Of a DNA stretch of 28,335 nucleotides, positions 1-9,338 are shown piece after piece. This stretch comes from a virus (lineage: Duplodnaviria > Caudoviricetes): the IMG/VR virus record IMGVR_UViG_3300017774_002751, positions 1 to 28,335 of that record; one strand, 5' to 3'. Position 1 is the stretch's first letter. The number at the start of each line of letters is the position of its first letter. Below the pieces are notes generated by a model. That model searched no databases. It was given only the letters and a program-made list of their open reading frames with translations, and had not been told where the DNA came from. The translations under genes were made by a program, and so were the position numbers.

Positions 1-177
1 ATGAATGCACCATGCAGCAAACAGGCCGCACCACGGCACACTGTCAGCCGTGTATTTGATACCCAGCACTCGAGCGCCAAGCCTATCAGCCCAGCCCATG
101 ATGACTGGGTTGTTTGCTACACCCGGCACCTCATTCAAACCAACATGACGGCGCGCTTCTGTCATCCACCTGGTCAT
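1..177 (-). CDS. Endolysin, TIGR02594 family (NlpC/P60-CHAP-like peptidase); 3' end outside window
   Basis: Not in the ORF track. Translated by hand from ATG 177 (ATGA overlap with the upstream stop): MTRWMTEARRHVGLNEVPGVANNPVIMGWADRLGARVLGIKYTADSVPWCGLFAAWCIH. The W..A....G..E.PG...NP.I..W and D.vPWCG (catalytic Cys) motifs fit this family. Confidence 0.85.
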   Translation of the reverse strand, partial: MTRWMTEARRHVGLNEVPGVANNPVIMGWADRLGARVLGIKYTADSVPWCGLFAAWCIH

Positions 178-1226
178 ATCTTGCTCCGTTTCCATTTAAG
201 ATATTCAACACCCTCAAAGGGATCAAGGAAACACTGCACAGCGTTCGGCTTGCTTGCATCTGGATCAACAACGACCAGACCAGACGCGCCAAACTGGTGC
301 TCACCAAAGCCGTGCAACTCAGCGTATTCGTCCATGAACTTGTAGCCACGCACCCGCATTAGCCAATAGCAGAACTGCCGATGGGGATTCTCACCCTGCC
401 TCAAGCCAGTATCGTGATGGTGACCAGCAACATACAGGTGCGCCCAGTCCTGCATCTGAGCCGCCTTCTCGAGCCCGTGTAGATTGTTCCACACTGAGTT
501 GCCTTTGAAGTTGTGGGCTGCCCATACGCGGAAGTCAAAGCCATTCGGGGAGCGCAACGTAAACTTAGATTGCCAGTCGTCCATGTGCACATGGTGAGGC
601 TTAATAGCATTGAACCAGGTGGTGCTTACCGGCCCATCCCACATGTCGTGGTTACCATGCAGCCAGATAAACCACGGCACACCGCTGTCATGAAGCAGCC
701 ATTTGGCCATCTTACGCGCCGTGCTAGCTGACGTATCTTGATTAGCCCACAGCTTGGCAAGTCGGCCTACCCAGTTATTCGTAGTGTCCCCAATATTGAT
801 GGCATAGAGGCCTTCGGTATCCCGAGCCAACTCGCAATGCTTCTGCAGCAGCGGCCAATGGCAACCGTTGTCGTCAACGTGCGGATCACCAAAGAACATG
901 AGGGCATACGGGCCCGCAATCGGCACATCAAATTGACGCCAACGCTTTGCCTTCTGATGCTCTAGAGCTTTCTCAAAGCGCCGAGATTGCAGTGCAATGA
1001 TGTCCTCGATTGGCACGTCATCATCGGGCAGATTGGGTGCGCTTGGCAAGGATATGGTGCTTACCTGTGCAATGCGTTCCTTGTGCCGCCTAGCTGCGGA
1101 GATGATGGCCCACCTACCACCATGCTTATTACCACGCGCCAATGCTCGAGCGCTTCCCGCCTCTTGCAGTGCAGCAAATATCTCAGCGTCACGCGCCGGA
1201 TCTATGTCGTGCGCGTTCGTTGCCAT
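174..1226 (-). CDS. Calcineurin-like metallophosphoesterase with a possible N-terminal HTH
   Basis: Motifs GDPH, GDTTN, GNHD, AAH and AGHHH match DxH / GDxxD(N) / GNH(D/E) / H / GHxH. Confidence 0.88.
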   Translation of the reverse strand: MATNAHDIDPARDAEIFAALQEAGSARALARGNKHGGRWAIISAARRHKERIAQVSTISLPSAPNLPDDDVPIEDIIALQSRRFEKALEHQKAKRWRQFDVPIAGPYALMFFGDPHVDDNGCHWPLLQKHCELARDTEGLYAINIGDTTNNWVGRLAKLWANQDTSASTARKMAKWLLHDSGVPWFIWLHGNHDMWDGPVSTTWFNAIKPHHVHMDDWQSKFTLRSPNGFDFRVWAAHNFKGNSVWNNLHGLEKAAQMQDWAHLYVAGHHHDTGLRQGENPHRQFCYWLMRVRGYKFMDEYAELHGFGEHQFGASGLVVVDPDASKPNAVQCFLDPFEGVEYLKWKRSKI

Positions 1227-1420
1227 TACTCAGGCTTTCGCCCGAGCATCCGCTGGACCGTATCCATCTCATAGATGCGTAGCACAAGCCATACAGCTGA
1301 AAGGATTTGCAGGATTGCCGGAAATATCTCGACACCTACCCATGATACGAGACCCACTCCCGCAGCAGCAGCATCCATAACCGTCTTGGCTATAGCGTTA
1401 AAGTCATGGCTCTCGTTCAT
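1226..1420 (-). CDS. Small membrane protein, putative holin
   Basis: 64 aa with hydrophobic segments (AAAAGVGLVSWVGV, IFPAILQILSAVWLVL) and a basic C-terminus; two genes upstream of the endolysin. Confidence 0.6.
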   Translation of the reverse strand: MNESHDFNAIAKTVMDAAAAGVGLVSWVGVEIFPAILQILSAVWLVLRIYEMDTVQRMLGRKPE

Positions 1421-1450
1421 GGCTTATCCTTGCTATCTGCTTAGTGTTAG

Positions 1451-1777
1451 TCACGCGCTCCAGGGCGCAGGCAAATTCACAACAGACGGGTTGGCCAGTT
1501 CAAAAATATGCTCAACAATGTTGGCTTCGTAAGCTGAAACCTGTTCATCACCCAGTGCATTCTTGACCCAGCCAATTACCTGATCTTCTGTCAGGTCCTC
1601 ATAGGGAGTAAACGGCGCATCGGGATCAACCGTTACACCAACAGAGCCATAGATGCCGGCACTGTAAAATCCGTCTGTGCCAGTGAGTCTCCAGTGAACG
1701 GTAAAGACGACATTAGTCTTGCCATCACGTTCGGGGTAGGCCTTCATTTGAGCAACGGACCAGGTGCTGATAGTCAT
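1451..1777 (-). CDS. Conserved small tail-fibre-associated phage protein (DUF7936-like)
   Basis: VVFTVHWRL...YGSV...FTPYEDLTEDQVIGWVK...LP.PW pattern often seen next to fibre genes; AGGAG RBS. Confidence 0.6.
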   Translation of the reverse strand: MTISTWSVAQMKAYPERDGKTNVVFTVHWRLTGTDGFYSAGIYGSVGVTVDPDAPFTPYEDLTEDQVIGWVKNALGDEQVSAYEANIVEHIFELANPSVVNLPAPWSA

Positions 1778-1790
1778 AACTTAATCTCCT

Positions 1791-2417
1791 TTAGGTGTAA
1801 GCAAACGAAACTTGGCCACGCGCACCCGAGCCAGAGGTAACAATCCCCTCATCAGGTCCACCACCACAACCCCCACCCCCTGGGGCTATACCATTGACGG
1901 AAGAAGTAGTGCCTCCTGCTGCGCCACTTGCTCCGGCACCCCCAGCGCCAAGACCGGGAATTCCAGAAGCGCTACCCGCAGTGCCTGTAGTATTAGTGTC
2001 GCCACCTGTAGCCGTACCACCAGCGCCACCGCTACTTGTAGAGCCACCATTTCCGCCATTGGCGGTCATAACTACGGAGCCACCTGAAACGCTACCCACT
2101 ACGCTTGAGGTAAGACCTGTGCTCCCGGTGCCGGTAATGGTACGCCCTCCCCTCGTATCGCCCACCGTGTAGATCATGGAATTGCCGCCGACCACCGCAA
2201 TAGTCTTGACAGAGCGAGCGCCGCCGCCACCACCGCCGCCTTGCGCGCTGCTGTTAAAACCCCCAGCACCACCGCCGCCGTCCAAGGTAATAACAACTTG
2301 CGTAGCGCCAGTGGGAACTGTTTCAGTAGCAGAGGTGCCAGACGTGTATGTGTTTGTGACGGGGGTGAAGCCTGTGTTCCCAACCGACCCAAGCAGCGCC
2401 ATTTGGATGCCGCTCAT
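1791..2417 (-). CDS. Glycine-rich tail-tip/adhesin protein
   Basis: Start revised to ATG 2417 (MSGIQMALLG; TAATG overlap with the fibre stop). GGGGAGG, GGNGG and APGGGG runs and a C-terminal G.GARG.V motif. Confidence 0.75.
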   Translation of the reverse strand: MSGIQMALLGSVGNTGFTPVTNTYTSGTSATETVPTGATQVVITLDGGGGAGGFNSSAQGGGGGGGARSVKTIAVVGGNSMIYTVGDTRGGRTITGTGSTGLTSSVVGSVSGGSVVMTANGGNGGSTSSGGAGGTATGGDTNTTGTAGSASGIPGLGAGGAGASGAAGGTTSSVNGIAPGGGGCGGGPDEGIVTSGSGARGQVSFAYT

Positions 2418-4615
2418 TAGCTGACTCCCGCACCAGAGATGATCGCTTCGGTCGGGCTGTTGAACCAAACGGTAGCCATACCCCGCGCAGCCAGAGTGCG
2501 ATTGCCTGTGTTAGCGGTGCCGGCCTGTCGGAGGGTAGTCACCCCAGCCGTGATTGTGACAGCCGACGCGCTATCGTTATAGATAGAGATGGCGTCCCCA
2601 GCAGCGAAGGTGCTGTTCGGGATCGTGATACCAGCAGTGACCGCGATGCACTTACCAACGTCTGCTACGACAGCAATGGTAGTTGTCGTGGAGCGAGGGA
2701 TGCTGCGGTAACCAATAGTAATGCCATTGATAGTTGCCGTTGTAGCCACAGAAGTAATGCTACCGCCCAGCGTAATGTCACCGCTACTTGTAACGGTGCC
2801 CGAAAGAGACAGACCATTGACCGTGCCGGTGCCTGTTACAGAGGTAACCGTGCCGCCACCACTGCCGGTTGCAGAAATTGTAATTGAGCCGGTGCCATTA
2901 GTGATGCTTACGCCAGAACCAGCAGTCAATGTGGCTTTGGTTAGTGTGTTGCCAGTAGTGTTGCCGATGAGCAGTTGGCCATTGGTGTAAGTGGTCTGGC
3001 CCGTACCGCCGTTGGCAACAGACAGAGCAGTATCTAGGGTTAAAGCGCCTGCAACGTGGAGCTTTGTAGACGGCGAACTTGTCCCAATTCCGACGTTGCC
3101 TGAGATTGTAGTCGTTTGATTGGCACCCGATGTAGCCGAACCAATGTTGATGTTAGTGGTGCTACCGCTGGCTCCATTTGTGCCAATGTTAATGGTCTTC
3201 GTTGATCCACTGGCGGTTATGCCAGCTTGAATGTTGGTAGTTTGACTGGCCGTAGATTGACCAAGCGTAATGATGCCGGTGCCATTGGTGACCCCAACAG
3301 TAAAAATCGAAGTTGTAGCGCCAGCTGTAAAAGACCAACTACCTTGACCCGAAGTTGTAGACCCAAGCGTCGAACCAATTGTAATAGCAGTCGTGCTTCC
3401 AGTTAAACCACCTGTGCCAAGATTAATTGTTTTGGTCGAACCAGAGGCTGTTGCGCCAGCTTGGATGTTTGTGGTCTGGCTGACCGTAGACTGGCCAAGG
3501 GTGATGATACCAGTGCCGGCAGTATTTCCGAAAATGAGTGTGCCAGTAGTCTGACTAGTGCCAATGTTGATTGCGCTTGCAGCAGTACTAAAAGTAACGC
3601 CACCAGTTATCGTAATGTCTGCAAGTCTTGTATTGCCTTCAACGTGAAGCTTGGCAGACGGCGTTTGTGTCCCGATCCCAACTTCGCCTGCGCTGGTTAC
3701 GCGCATACGTTCGGAGCCGTTAGCGGAAATAGTAATATTGCCAGTGCCGTTGTTTATAAGATCAAGATCGCTGTTAGCGCCAGCATAGCGAATGAAGCGA
3801 GCATTAAACGCAACGGCATCAACAGGCGTGTAGAAATTTATGGACGCATCGCCAGCAGCAGCACGGGCAATACCAATTCCAACATCACTAGCGGATACAA
3901 ATGTGCCTCCAAAATTTACAAGGCCAATTACATCCAAACTTGTAATTGGATCATTTGTCCCAATTCCAACCTTGCCATCAACGATACGCATAGCTTCACT
4001 ACCGCCGATGCTAAAAGCAAGCACATCAGCGCCAGGTGACCACATGCCGGTGTTGAGATCGCCAATGAAAGTATAAGTTGGAGCAGTCACTGAGCCTTGA
4101 CCCAGTGCTATAAAATCTAGAGGACCAATTGGGTTTGCAGTTGCTGCCGGATTTCCATTGGCGTCCCAATAAAAATAGCGGTTAGCTCGGTTAACCAGCG
4201 TTGGGATTGCCGAAAACGTAGAAGGCTTGTCAAACTCAGAGAGCAATGGAACGCGTGTCGTTATAAGTGTGCTTACCTCCTGGATCATAGCCGTCAGCTG
4301 ATCGAGTTGGAGGTTCAAGGCGGTGATGTTGAACGGGCCAGACAGTGGGAAGTCCGTCACGCGCTTGATCGGAATGTCACGCACAATGGTGATAATGTCA
4401 TTGAGCGTTACGCCGGTAACAAACGTCAGGTTGCCACCGCCGGTTACGCCTGCGCCAGTTAGGGTGTAGTGGGTCGTGATGGTCTGCAACGTGCTGTTGC
4501 GGTACACCTTGAGGTCGCTGTTTTCGAAGAACTCAAATGGCACAGCAAACGTGGTCTGTCCGCTGGTCGCGGTGTATTGGACTCGAGCCGTGTTGTCGTT
4601 GATAAGAATGGCCAT
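2417..4615 (-). CDS. Tail fibre protein with a T7 gp17-like N-terminal anchor
   Basis: N-terminus YTATSGQTTFAVPFEFF..SDLKVY...LN.QLDQLT; three VGIGT..P repeats; Thr/Gly/Ser-rich beta repeats; AGGAG RBS. Confidence 0.9.
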   Translation of the reverse strand: MAILINDNTARVQYTATSGQTTFAVPFEFFENSDLKVYRNSTLQTITTHYTLTGAGVTGGGNLTFVTGVTLNDIITIVRDIPIKRVTDFPLSGPFNITALNLQLDQLTAMIQEVSTLITTRVPLLSEFDKPSTFSAIPTLVNRANRYFYWDANGNPAATANPIGPLDFIALGQGSVTAPTYTFIGDLNTGMWSPGADVLAFSIGGSEAMRIVDGKVGIGTNDPITSLDVIGLVNFGGTFVSASDVGIGIARAAAGDASINFYTPVDAVAFNARFIRYAGANSDLDLINNGTGNITISANGSERMRVTSAGEVGIGTQTPSAKLHVEGNTRLADITITGGVTFSTAASAINIGTSQTTGTLIFGNTAGTGIITLGQSTVSQTTNIQAGATASGSTKTINLGTGGLTGSTTAITIGSTLGSTTSGQGSWSFTAGATTSIFTVGVTNGTGIITLGQSTASQTTNIQAGITASGSTKTINIGTNGASGSTTNINIGSATSGANQTTTISGNVGIGTSSPSTKLHVAGALTLDTALSVANGGTGQTTYTNGQLLIGNTTGNTLTKATLTAGSGVSITNGTGSITISATGSGGGTVTSVTGTGTVNGLSLSGTVTSSGDITLGGSITSVATTATINGITIGYRSIPRSTTTTIAVVADVGKCIAVTAGITIPNSTFAAGDAISIYNDSASAVTITAGVTTLRQAGTANTGNRTLAARGMATVWFNSPTEAIISGAGVS

Positions 4616-4657
4616 TTGAATCTCCTATTGCGTCATCACTGCAAAGAACATTGACAG

Positions 4658-4667
4658 CAATGGACTA
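4658..4667 (-). promoter_or_regulatory. TAGTCCATTG motif, copy 1 (putative late promoter/activator box) upstream of the tail fibre gene
   Basis: Exact 10-mer found four times at late gene boundaries; 43 nt upstream of the ATG. Confidence 0.7.
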
Positions 4668-7600
4668 CTCGACAGGTTGGATTTCTACTGATTCAAAATC
4701 GCTTTCATCAAACTCTGCAGATGGTTGTCCAACGTCCTCAAGCATACCGGAATCCGCTGCCCAGTTTGAAAGCTGTTTCATGTAACTATCCCACCATATA
4801 AGGCCGGACATTGGAACAGCGCGGCGCGCCAAACTAGCACGTTCACGCTCACTTAGATCGGGGCTGTCACTAACAAACGCCTCAATCAAGCCAGCGATTA
4901 CACCGGGACCAGGACCGCCAATTGCGCCAATTTTTTCGGCCACAGTACCATCACCTGGACTTTCAATGCCGAGCGCAGCCCGAGGTCCATAGCCAGATAT
5001 ATCTTCAATTCGTTTATAAATGTCAGGAAGATAGGCTAAGACACCGCTATTCTCGAGCGTGTTGAGCGCAAACTCTTCGGGCTCCATATAGTCAAAGCCA
5101 CTAGAGGACTTAAGCCACGTTACAAATGCACCGCCCATTATTAATGCCGTCAACGATGTAGCAACACTACGATCCCGGCCAGAGAGCATTGAGTGTGTTA
5201 GTTTAGCAGAGCTTGCCATCGTAAAGCTCATCAACTGAAAAGGCAGCGAAAGAATGGGAGCCTCTACTCGCTTGCCACCTACGCGGAACACGCCATCCAT
5301 AATAGCCGCGCGTTGCAGAGGCCCAGGCGTAATAGTCGAAGAGCGTGCCGTGCCAGAAATAGCGCCCAGAAGAATATCGCGGGCGCGCTCCCCATCCCTA
5401 CCCGTCCAGTTTTCCATGTTGGCTAGAAGAAGATTGCCGCCCTCGAGCTTCTCGACTGGCATGTCTGCAATCGTCTGTGCCGTGCGAAGATCGATGCCCC
5501 AACTGTTTAGTCGAGCAACAGTCGCCCGTTCCTTCTTGGTCATGGTCTGCAAAGTCCTGCCGCTACGCACAACAGCAGCCACTTGCCTTGCCTCAGTCAG
5601 CAGCACATGGGTCTGGATTGTGCTCGTGAACTCCTTCCAAATAACGGTAAAGGGGTTCATCAGGTTCAATTGAAAGAACGGAGACTGTGCAGCTGCCAAG
5701 CCACGCTCGAGCGCAGTCTGATTGGTGACAGTTAAGGCGCTGTCGTTGTCAATTAATTGTGCCATCCAGCGCGCGTTGATAAGCTCCATAGCTTCTCCAG
5801 CCTCCTTGGCATAGGAGCCGCGCTGAAAGTCTTTAAGTTCGCCACGAAATATGGTCAGCATACCTTGCCACACTGGCTTGTAGCCTTCAGTAGAAATTGT
5901 TCGAGCAACATCAAGCATCTGAGATTTGATGCCACCACCCATTGTTGTTAGGCTCGTGTAATTCTTAATTGCTCGAACAATGCGGTTATTCCAACTCATC
6001 GGATCTTTTCCATGAAAGCGGCCAAGCACTCGGTCGCGCAAGTCCTCTTCCTGCTGGAGAATCTTGCCAATCCGTTTCTCATCGTAGCCATCACGACGAA
6101 GCGCAGCCTTAAGATCATCAAACTCCTTGTCGAGGAAGCGGCTGCCATAACGATCAAACATCTCAATGGTAGCGCCCATGCGACGGGCATACAGGCCCAT
6201 CACAAGTTCGGAATCCCACACAATGTAGTCAGCCAACTCTTCGTTGGTCAGTGGAATCTGCCTGCCCTTAAGGTGCTTTGGCGTTCCCATGCCAGGAACA
6301 AACTCCTCGCCGCCTTCGCCCAGGATGCGATCCACAGTAACTTTGGCACGAGCCAGTGCATCGTCGCCACCGTAGGCGTCAGCAATGCGCCTCACAAAGT
6401 TATCGTAGTCAGCGCGAATCTTGCCAACGTCAAAGATACGAGGGAAGTAGTATTGCTCACCGGCAGGAACGATGGGCTCTGCCTGCATCTCCTCAAGTTG
6501 CCTCTCGAGTTCGGCAATCTTGGCCTCTCGATCCGCAATCTCTTGGCGAATAATGTCACGCACCCTGGGTGATCTAATGCTTTCCAGTCTGCTGAGATCA
6601 CGCTCATTTGCAGCCCTACGCCATTGAGCTTCCTGACTCACACGAGCTTGAGTATCAAAGATACCAAGATCACGGGCCTTTGCTTCAAACTGGGCATAGA
6701 GTGCGCGCTGTTGTTCAGCTGCCTGCCTAACAATGACCATGTCAGCATCGGACAAAAGCCTGCCAAACATTTGGAAGGGCTGATCGCCATTAATAGCTCG
6801 ACCCACATAAGCGTTAAACTCAGCGCGAGTAAGTTTACCCTCTCGAGCAGCGCGGCCAATCAAAGGAAGCCCAACGCGGGTTGCCTCAAAGGCGTTGCCA
6901 GCCACATTGGCCGCTGCCTTGCCGGTAACGTACTGCGTGTAAGCAGCGTTGTTTGTGATGCGAGTAATGTACATCGACATCATCCAGCGCTGCGCTCGTT
7001 GGAACACAGAACCGCCCGGCGTAGTAGGGCGATTTCCCCTATTGCCTACAGTTTGAGTTGAGTGATCGCCGGCAATCCCCTGTGCCAGATCGTGCGTCTC
7101 TACATGATCGGGAGCAAGGCGCTGCAAGGTGCCGCTAGGCGTAGGCAGAATTGCTAGACTCTGCAGCACGTTGTCTGTTGTTGGGGACAGCGGTAGGCGA
7201 CCAGCATTGAATTCATCCATCGCCAATTGGTTGATGCGATTCTCATATCCACCGCCCCCACCTCCACCACCTATAGTGGTTCCACTATAACCCCCAGCGC
7301 CACCCGCAGTCTCACCCTCAAGACGCGGCGTTGCTTTTCGGTTTAGCTCCTTTAAGATTAAGAAGTTGAGCCAAGCCTCCTTGGTCTTGAAGGCGTCATC
7401 CGCAAGCGGCGTCACGCCATCCAAAGTAAGGCGCGTCCAGGGCTTTGATTCAAATCCAGCCAGGATTGCAGAGCTATCGATTATGATGGTATCTTCTTCA
7501 TCAGGCAATATTGCCTTAACCTTCACGTCCTCGACAGGGCCGAAAGAGCGCCTAAGATCAACAACTTGAGGTTGATCGAAAATGTTTTTAAGCAAGATAA

Positions 7601-9329
7601 TTGTCTTGCCATTAAACATGTCGTTGCCAACGCCTCCATCATCAAAGGCAATTACGATCCCGTCAATGCCATCGGCATCAAGCTTGGCGCGCAACTTGGA
7701 AGTGTCCGCTGCCGTAGGATTGCGAACATCTGAAACGCCAGCGCTTCTAGCCAATGCAAGCCAGTCGTCATCACTGCTAACAATAAGGGGGTTAGAAAAT
7801 GACAGCTGATCTGCAGATTCTTCCACCACGTTAGGCCCAAAGTTTTGCGCTTCAGTTTTGCTAAAGCTCATATATCGAGCAGACCCGAATAGGGGGCCGC
7901 CATTTTTTTGGCTGTAGATAGAGCCCTTTTGTGCACGGCCATAGCCGTGAAACAAATTGCGCAGTCTAGGAGACAGCCCTCTTATCTGAGATAGAATTTG
8001 CGTAATAGATGTTTGCGTAGTTCCGCCAACGCGAACGCCGTCTGCATCATCAGCACCAGGGCGAAGATTGACGGGCTCTCCAGTCATGGCGTCCGTCAAG
8101 CGCCACTTGCCAGCCGGGATAACGACAGGCGCATCCGTGTAGATTGCAGCCTCGCCCATTGTCTCACGCTGCAAGTTGGGCACGGCGTCAGCATCAACTT
8201 CGAACACAACCGAGTTGCGAGTAGAACGACCGCCACCAATTACGCGCGTTGCATAATCTGCAGCAACCTGACGCTCGACACCAAACGAAACGCCAGACAG
8301 GCCAAAGTTCTCACCAGGCTGAAGCACTAGATTGCCATTGGCATCAATGAAGGAGTCTACGTTCTCGGTGGACACCCGGCTTCCGTGAAACACGGTCGGC
8401 CCAATCGGCGCATCAATGTCGTATTTAAACGGTTCAGGCTTGGCCAGTTCGTCCTGAAGCAGTTCGTCTGCCGTCTTTGTCGGGGCTCCGGTTTCATCCA
8501 AGCCAGATCGAGCGTTGGCAGATTCAACATCCGCCTTGCTGCGATAGTTTATGGGAAGGTAGTTGCCATCAGCATCTACCCTGCCCGTGTTGCCATCAAT
8601 AATGCGCACCGTCTGGCCATTGATGGTGACAGTGGTTCTTCCGCCAGGAATGCCCTCGACAAGATTAAAGGTTTCATCAAGTCGGCCACCAACATCATCG
8701 GCCTTCTGCCTTGTCTCAGGAGGTAGACGAGTCGTACCAGCAGGCGCTTTGGTTATAGCGGCAATGCCACCAGAGATTAGGCCAGCCGCAAGAAAGCCCA
8801 TCCCAATGTTGATCGACGTTTCCGTTGCAGTCGATGTAGGATCAAGCCTATCGCGCACTATTTCCTGGGCGGCATTGATCGAACCAATAGCAGCGCCACC
8901 CTTCAATGCGCCCTTCACAAAGCCAAGGCCACCAAGACCCGGCACGGGGATAAGGTTGACCGGATCGAGAATACCAGCAATCAAGCCAGTCACTAGGTTC
9001 TGCGACAAACTCAGTTCGCTCTGACGTTGGCGAATGTCCAGGTTCTCCTGAATGTTGCCGGTGATTACATCGACCTCATTCTGATTGCGCGCAAACATAA
9101 AGCTGTCAGCATATTGCTCATAGCCCTTTGGCACATGGTCGAGTGGATCATAGCCGGGGGTGCGTTCGCCAGCCGCCATGAAGCGTTCGCCAGCATCCAC
9201 CATCTGCCCGTATGCGCCAATGGCGTATCCATCCGCTAGGCGAGAGAAGAAGTTCTGCTCCCCAGACTGCACATCTTTGTTCTGCTCAAGAAGGCGATAC
9301 CGATTTGAGCGTTTGGTGCTGACTTCCAT
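4665..9329 (-). CDS. Large internal virion/ejection protein (T7 gp16 positional analogue) with two ADP-ribosyltransferase-like domains
   Basis: 1554 aa; last of three core genes before the fibre. N-terminal Gly-rich hydrophobic helices (LIAGILDPVNLIPVPGLGG), helical C-terminal half and two internal FHG-initiated domains. Confidence 0.8.
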   Translation of the reverse strand: MEVSTKRSNRYRLLEQNKDVQSGEQNFFSRLADGYAIGAYGQMVDAGERFMAAGERTPGYDPLDHVPKGYEQYADSFMFARNQNEVDVITGNIQENLDIRQRQSELSLSQNLVTGLIAGILDPVNLIPVPGLGGLGFVKGALKGGAAIGSINAAQEIVRDRLDPTSTATETSINIGMGFLAAGLISGGIAAITKAPAGTTRLPPETRQKADDVGGRLDETFNLVEGIPGGRTTVTINGQTVRIIDGNTGRVDADGNYLPINYRSKADVESANARSGLDETGAPTKTADELLQDELAKPEPFKYDIDAPIGPTVFHGSRVSTENVDSFIDANGNLVLQPGENFGLSGVSFGVERQVAADYATRVIGGGRSTRNSVVFEVDADAVPNLQRETMGEAAIYTDAPVVIPAGKWRLTDAMTGEPVNLRPGADDADGVRVGGTTQTSITQILSQIRGLSPRLRNLFHGYGRAQKGSIYSQKNGGPLFGSARYMSFSKTEAQNFGPNVVEESADQLSFSNPLIVSSDDDWLALARSAGVSDVRNPTAADTSKLRAKLDADGIDGIVIAFDDGGVGNDMFNGKTIILLKNIFDQPQVVDLRRSFGPVEDVKVKAILPDEEDTIIIDSSAILAGFESKPWTRLTLDGVTPLADDAFKTKEAWLNFLILKELNRKATPRLEGETAGGAGGYSGTTIGGGGGGGGYENRINQLAMDEFNAGRLPLSPTTDNVLQSLAILPTPSGTLQRLAPDHVETHDLAQGIAGDHSTQTVGNRGNRPTTPGGSVFQRAQRWMMSMYITRITNNAAYTQYVTGKAAANVAGNAFEATRVGLPLIGRAAREGKLTRAEFNAYVGRAINGDQPFQMFGRLLSDADMVIVRQAAEQQRALYAQFEAKARDLGIFDTQARVSQEAQWRRAANERDLSRLESIRSPRVRDIIRQEIADREAKIAELERQLEEMQAEPIVPAGEQYYFPRIFDVGKIRADYDNFVRRIADAYGGDDALARAKVTVDRILGEGGEEFVPGMGTPKHLKGRQIPLTNEELADYIVWDSELVMGLYARRMGATIEMFDRYGSRFLDKEFDDLKAALRRDGYDEKRIGKILQQEEDLRDRVLGRFHGKDPMSWNNRIVRAIKNYTSLTTMGGGIKSQMLDVARTISTEGYKPVWQGMLTIFRGELKDFQRGSYAKEAGEAMELINARWMAQLIDNDSALTVTNQTALERGLAAAQSPFFQLNLMNPFTVIWKEFTSTIQTHVLLTEARQVAAVVRSGRTLQTMTKKERATVARLNSWGIDLRTAQTIADMPVEKLEGGNLLLANMENWTGRDGERARDILLGAISGTARSSTITPGPLQRAAIMDGVFRVGGKRVEAPILSLPFQLMSFTMASSAKLTHSMLSGRDRSVATSLTALIMGGAFVTWLKSSSGFDYMEPEEFALNTLENSGVLAYLPDIYKRIEDISGYGPRAALGIESPGDGTVAEKIGAIGGPGPGVIAGLIEAFVSDSPDLSERERASLARRAVPMSGLIWWDSYMKQLSNWAADSGMLEDVGQPSAEFDESDFESVEIQPVE

Positions 9330-9338
9330 CTTTGTTCC

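Noticed and set aside
1791-4615. Diversity-generating retroelement target (BPP-1-like phage)
   Set aside because: No reverse transcriptase and no TR/VR pair differing at adenines seen in this window; the fibre repeat differs at synonymous sites.
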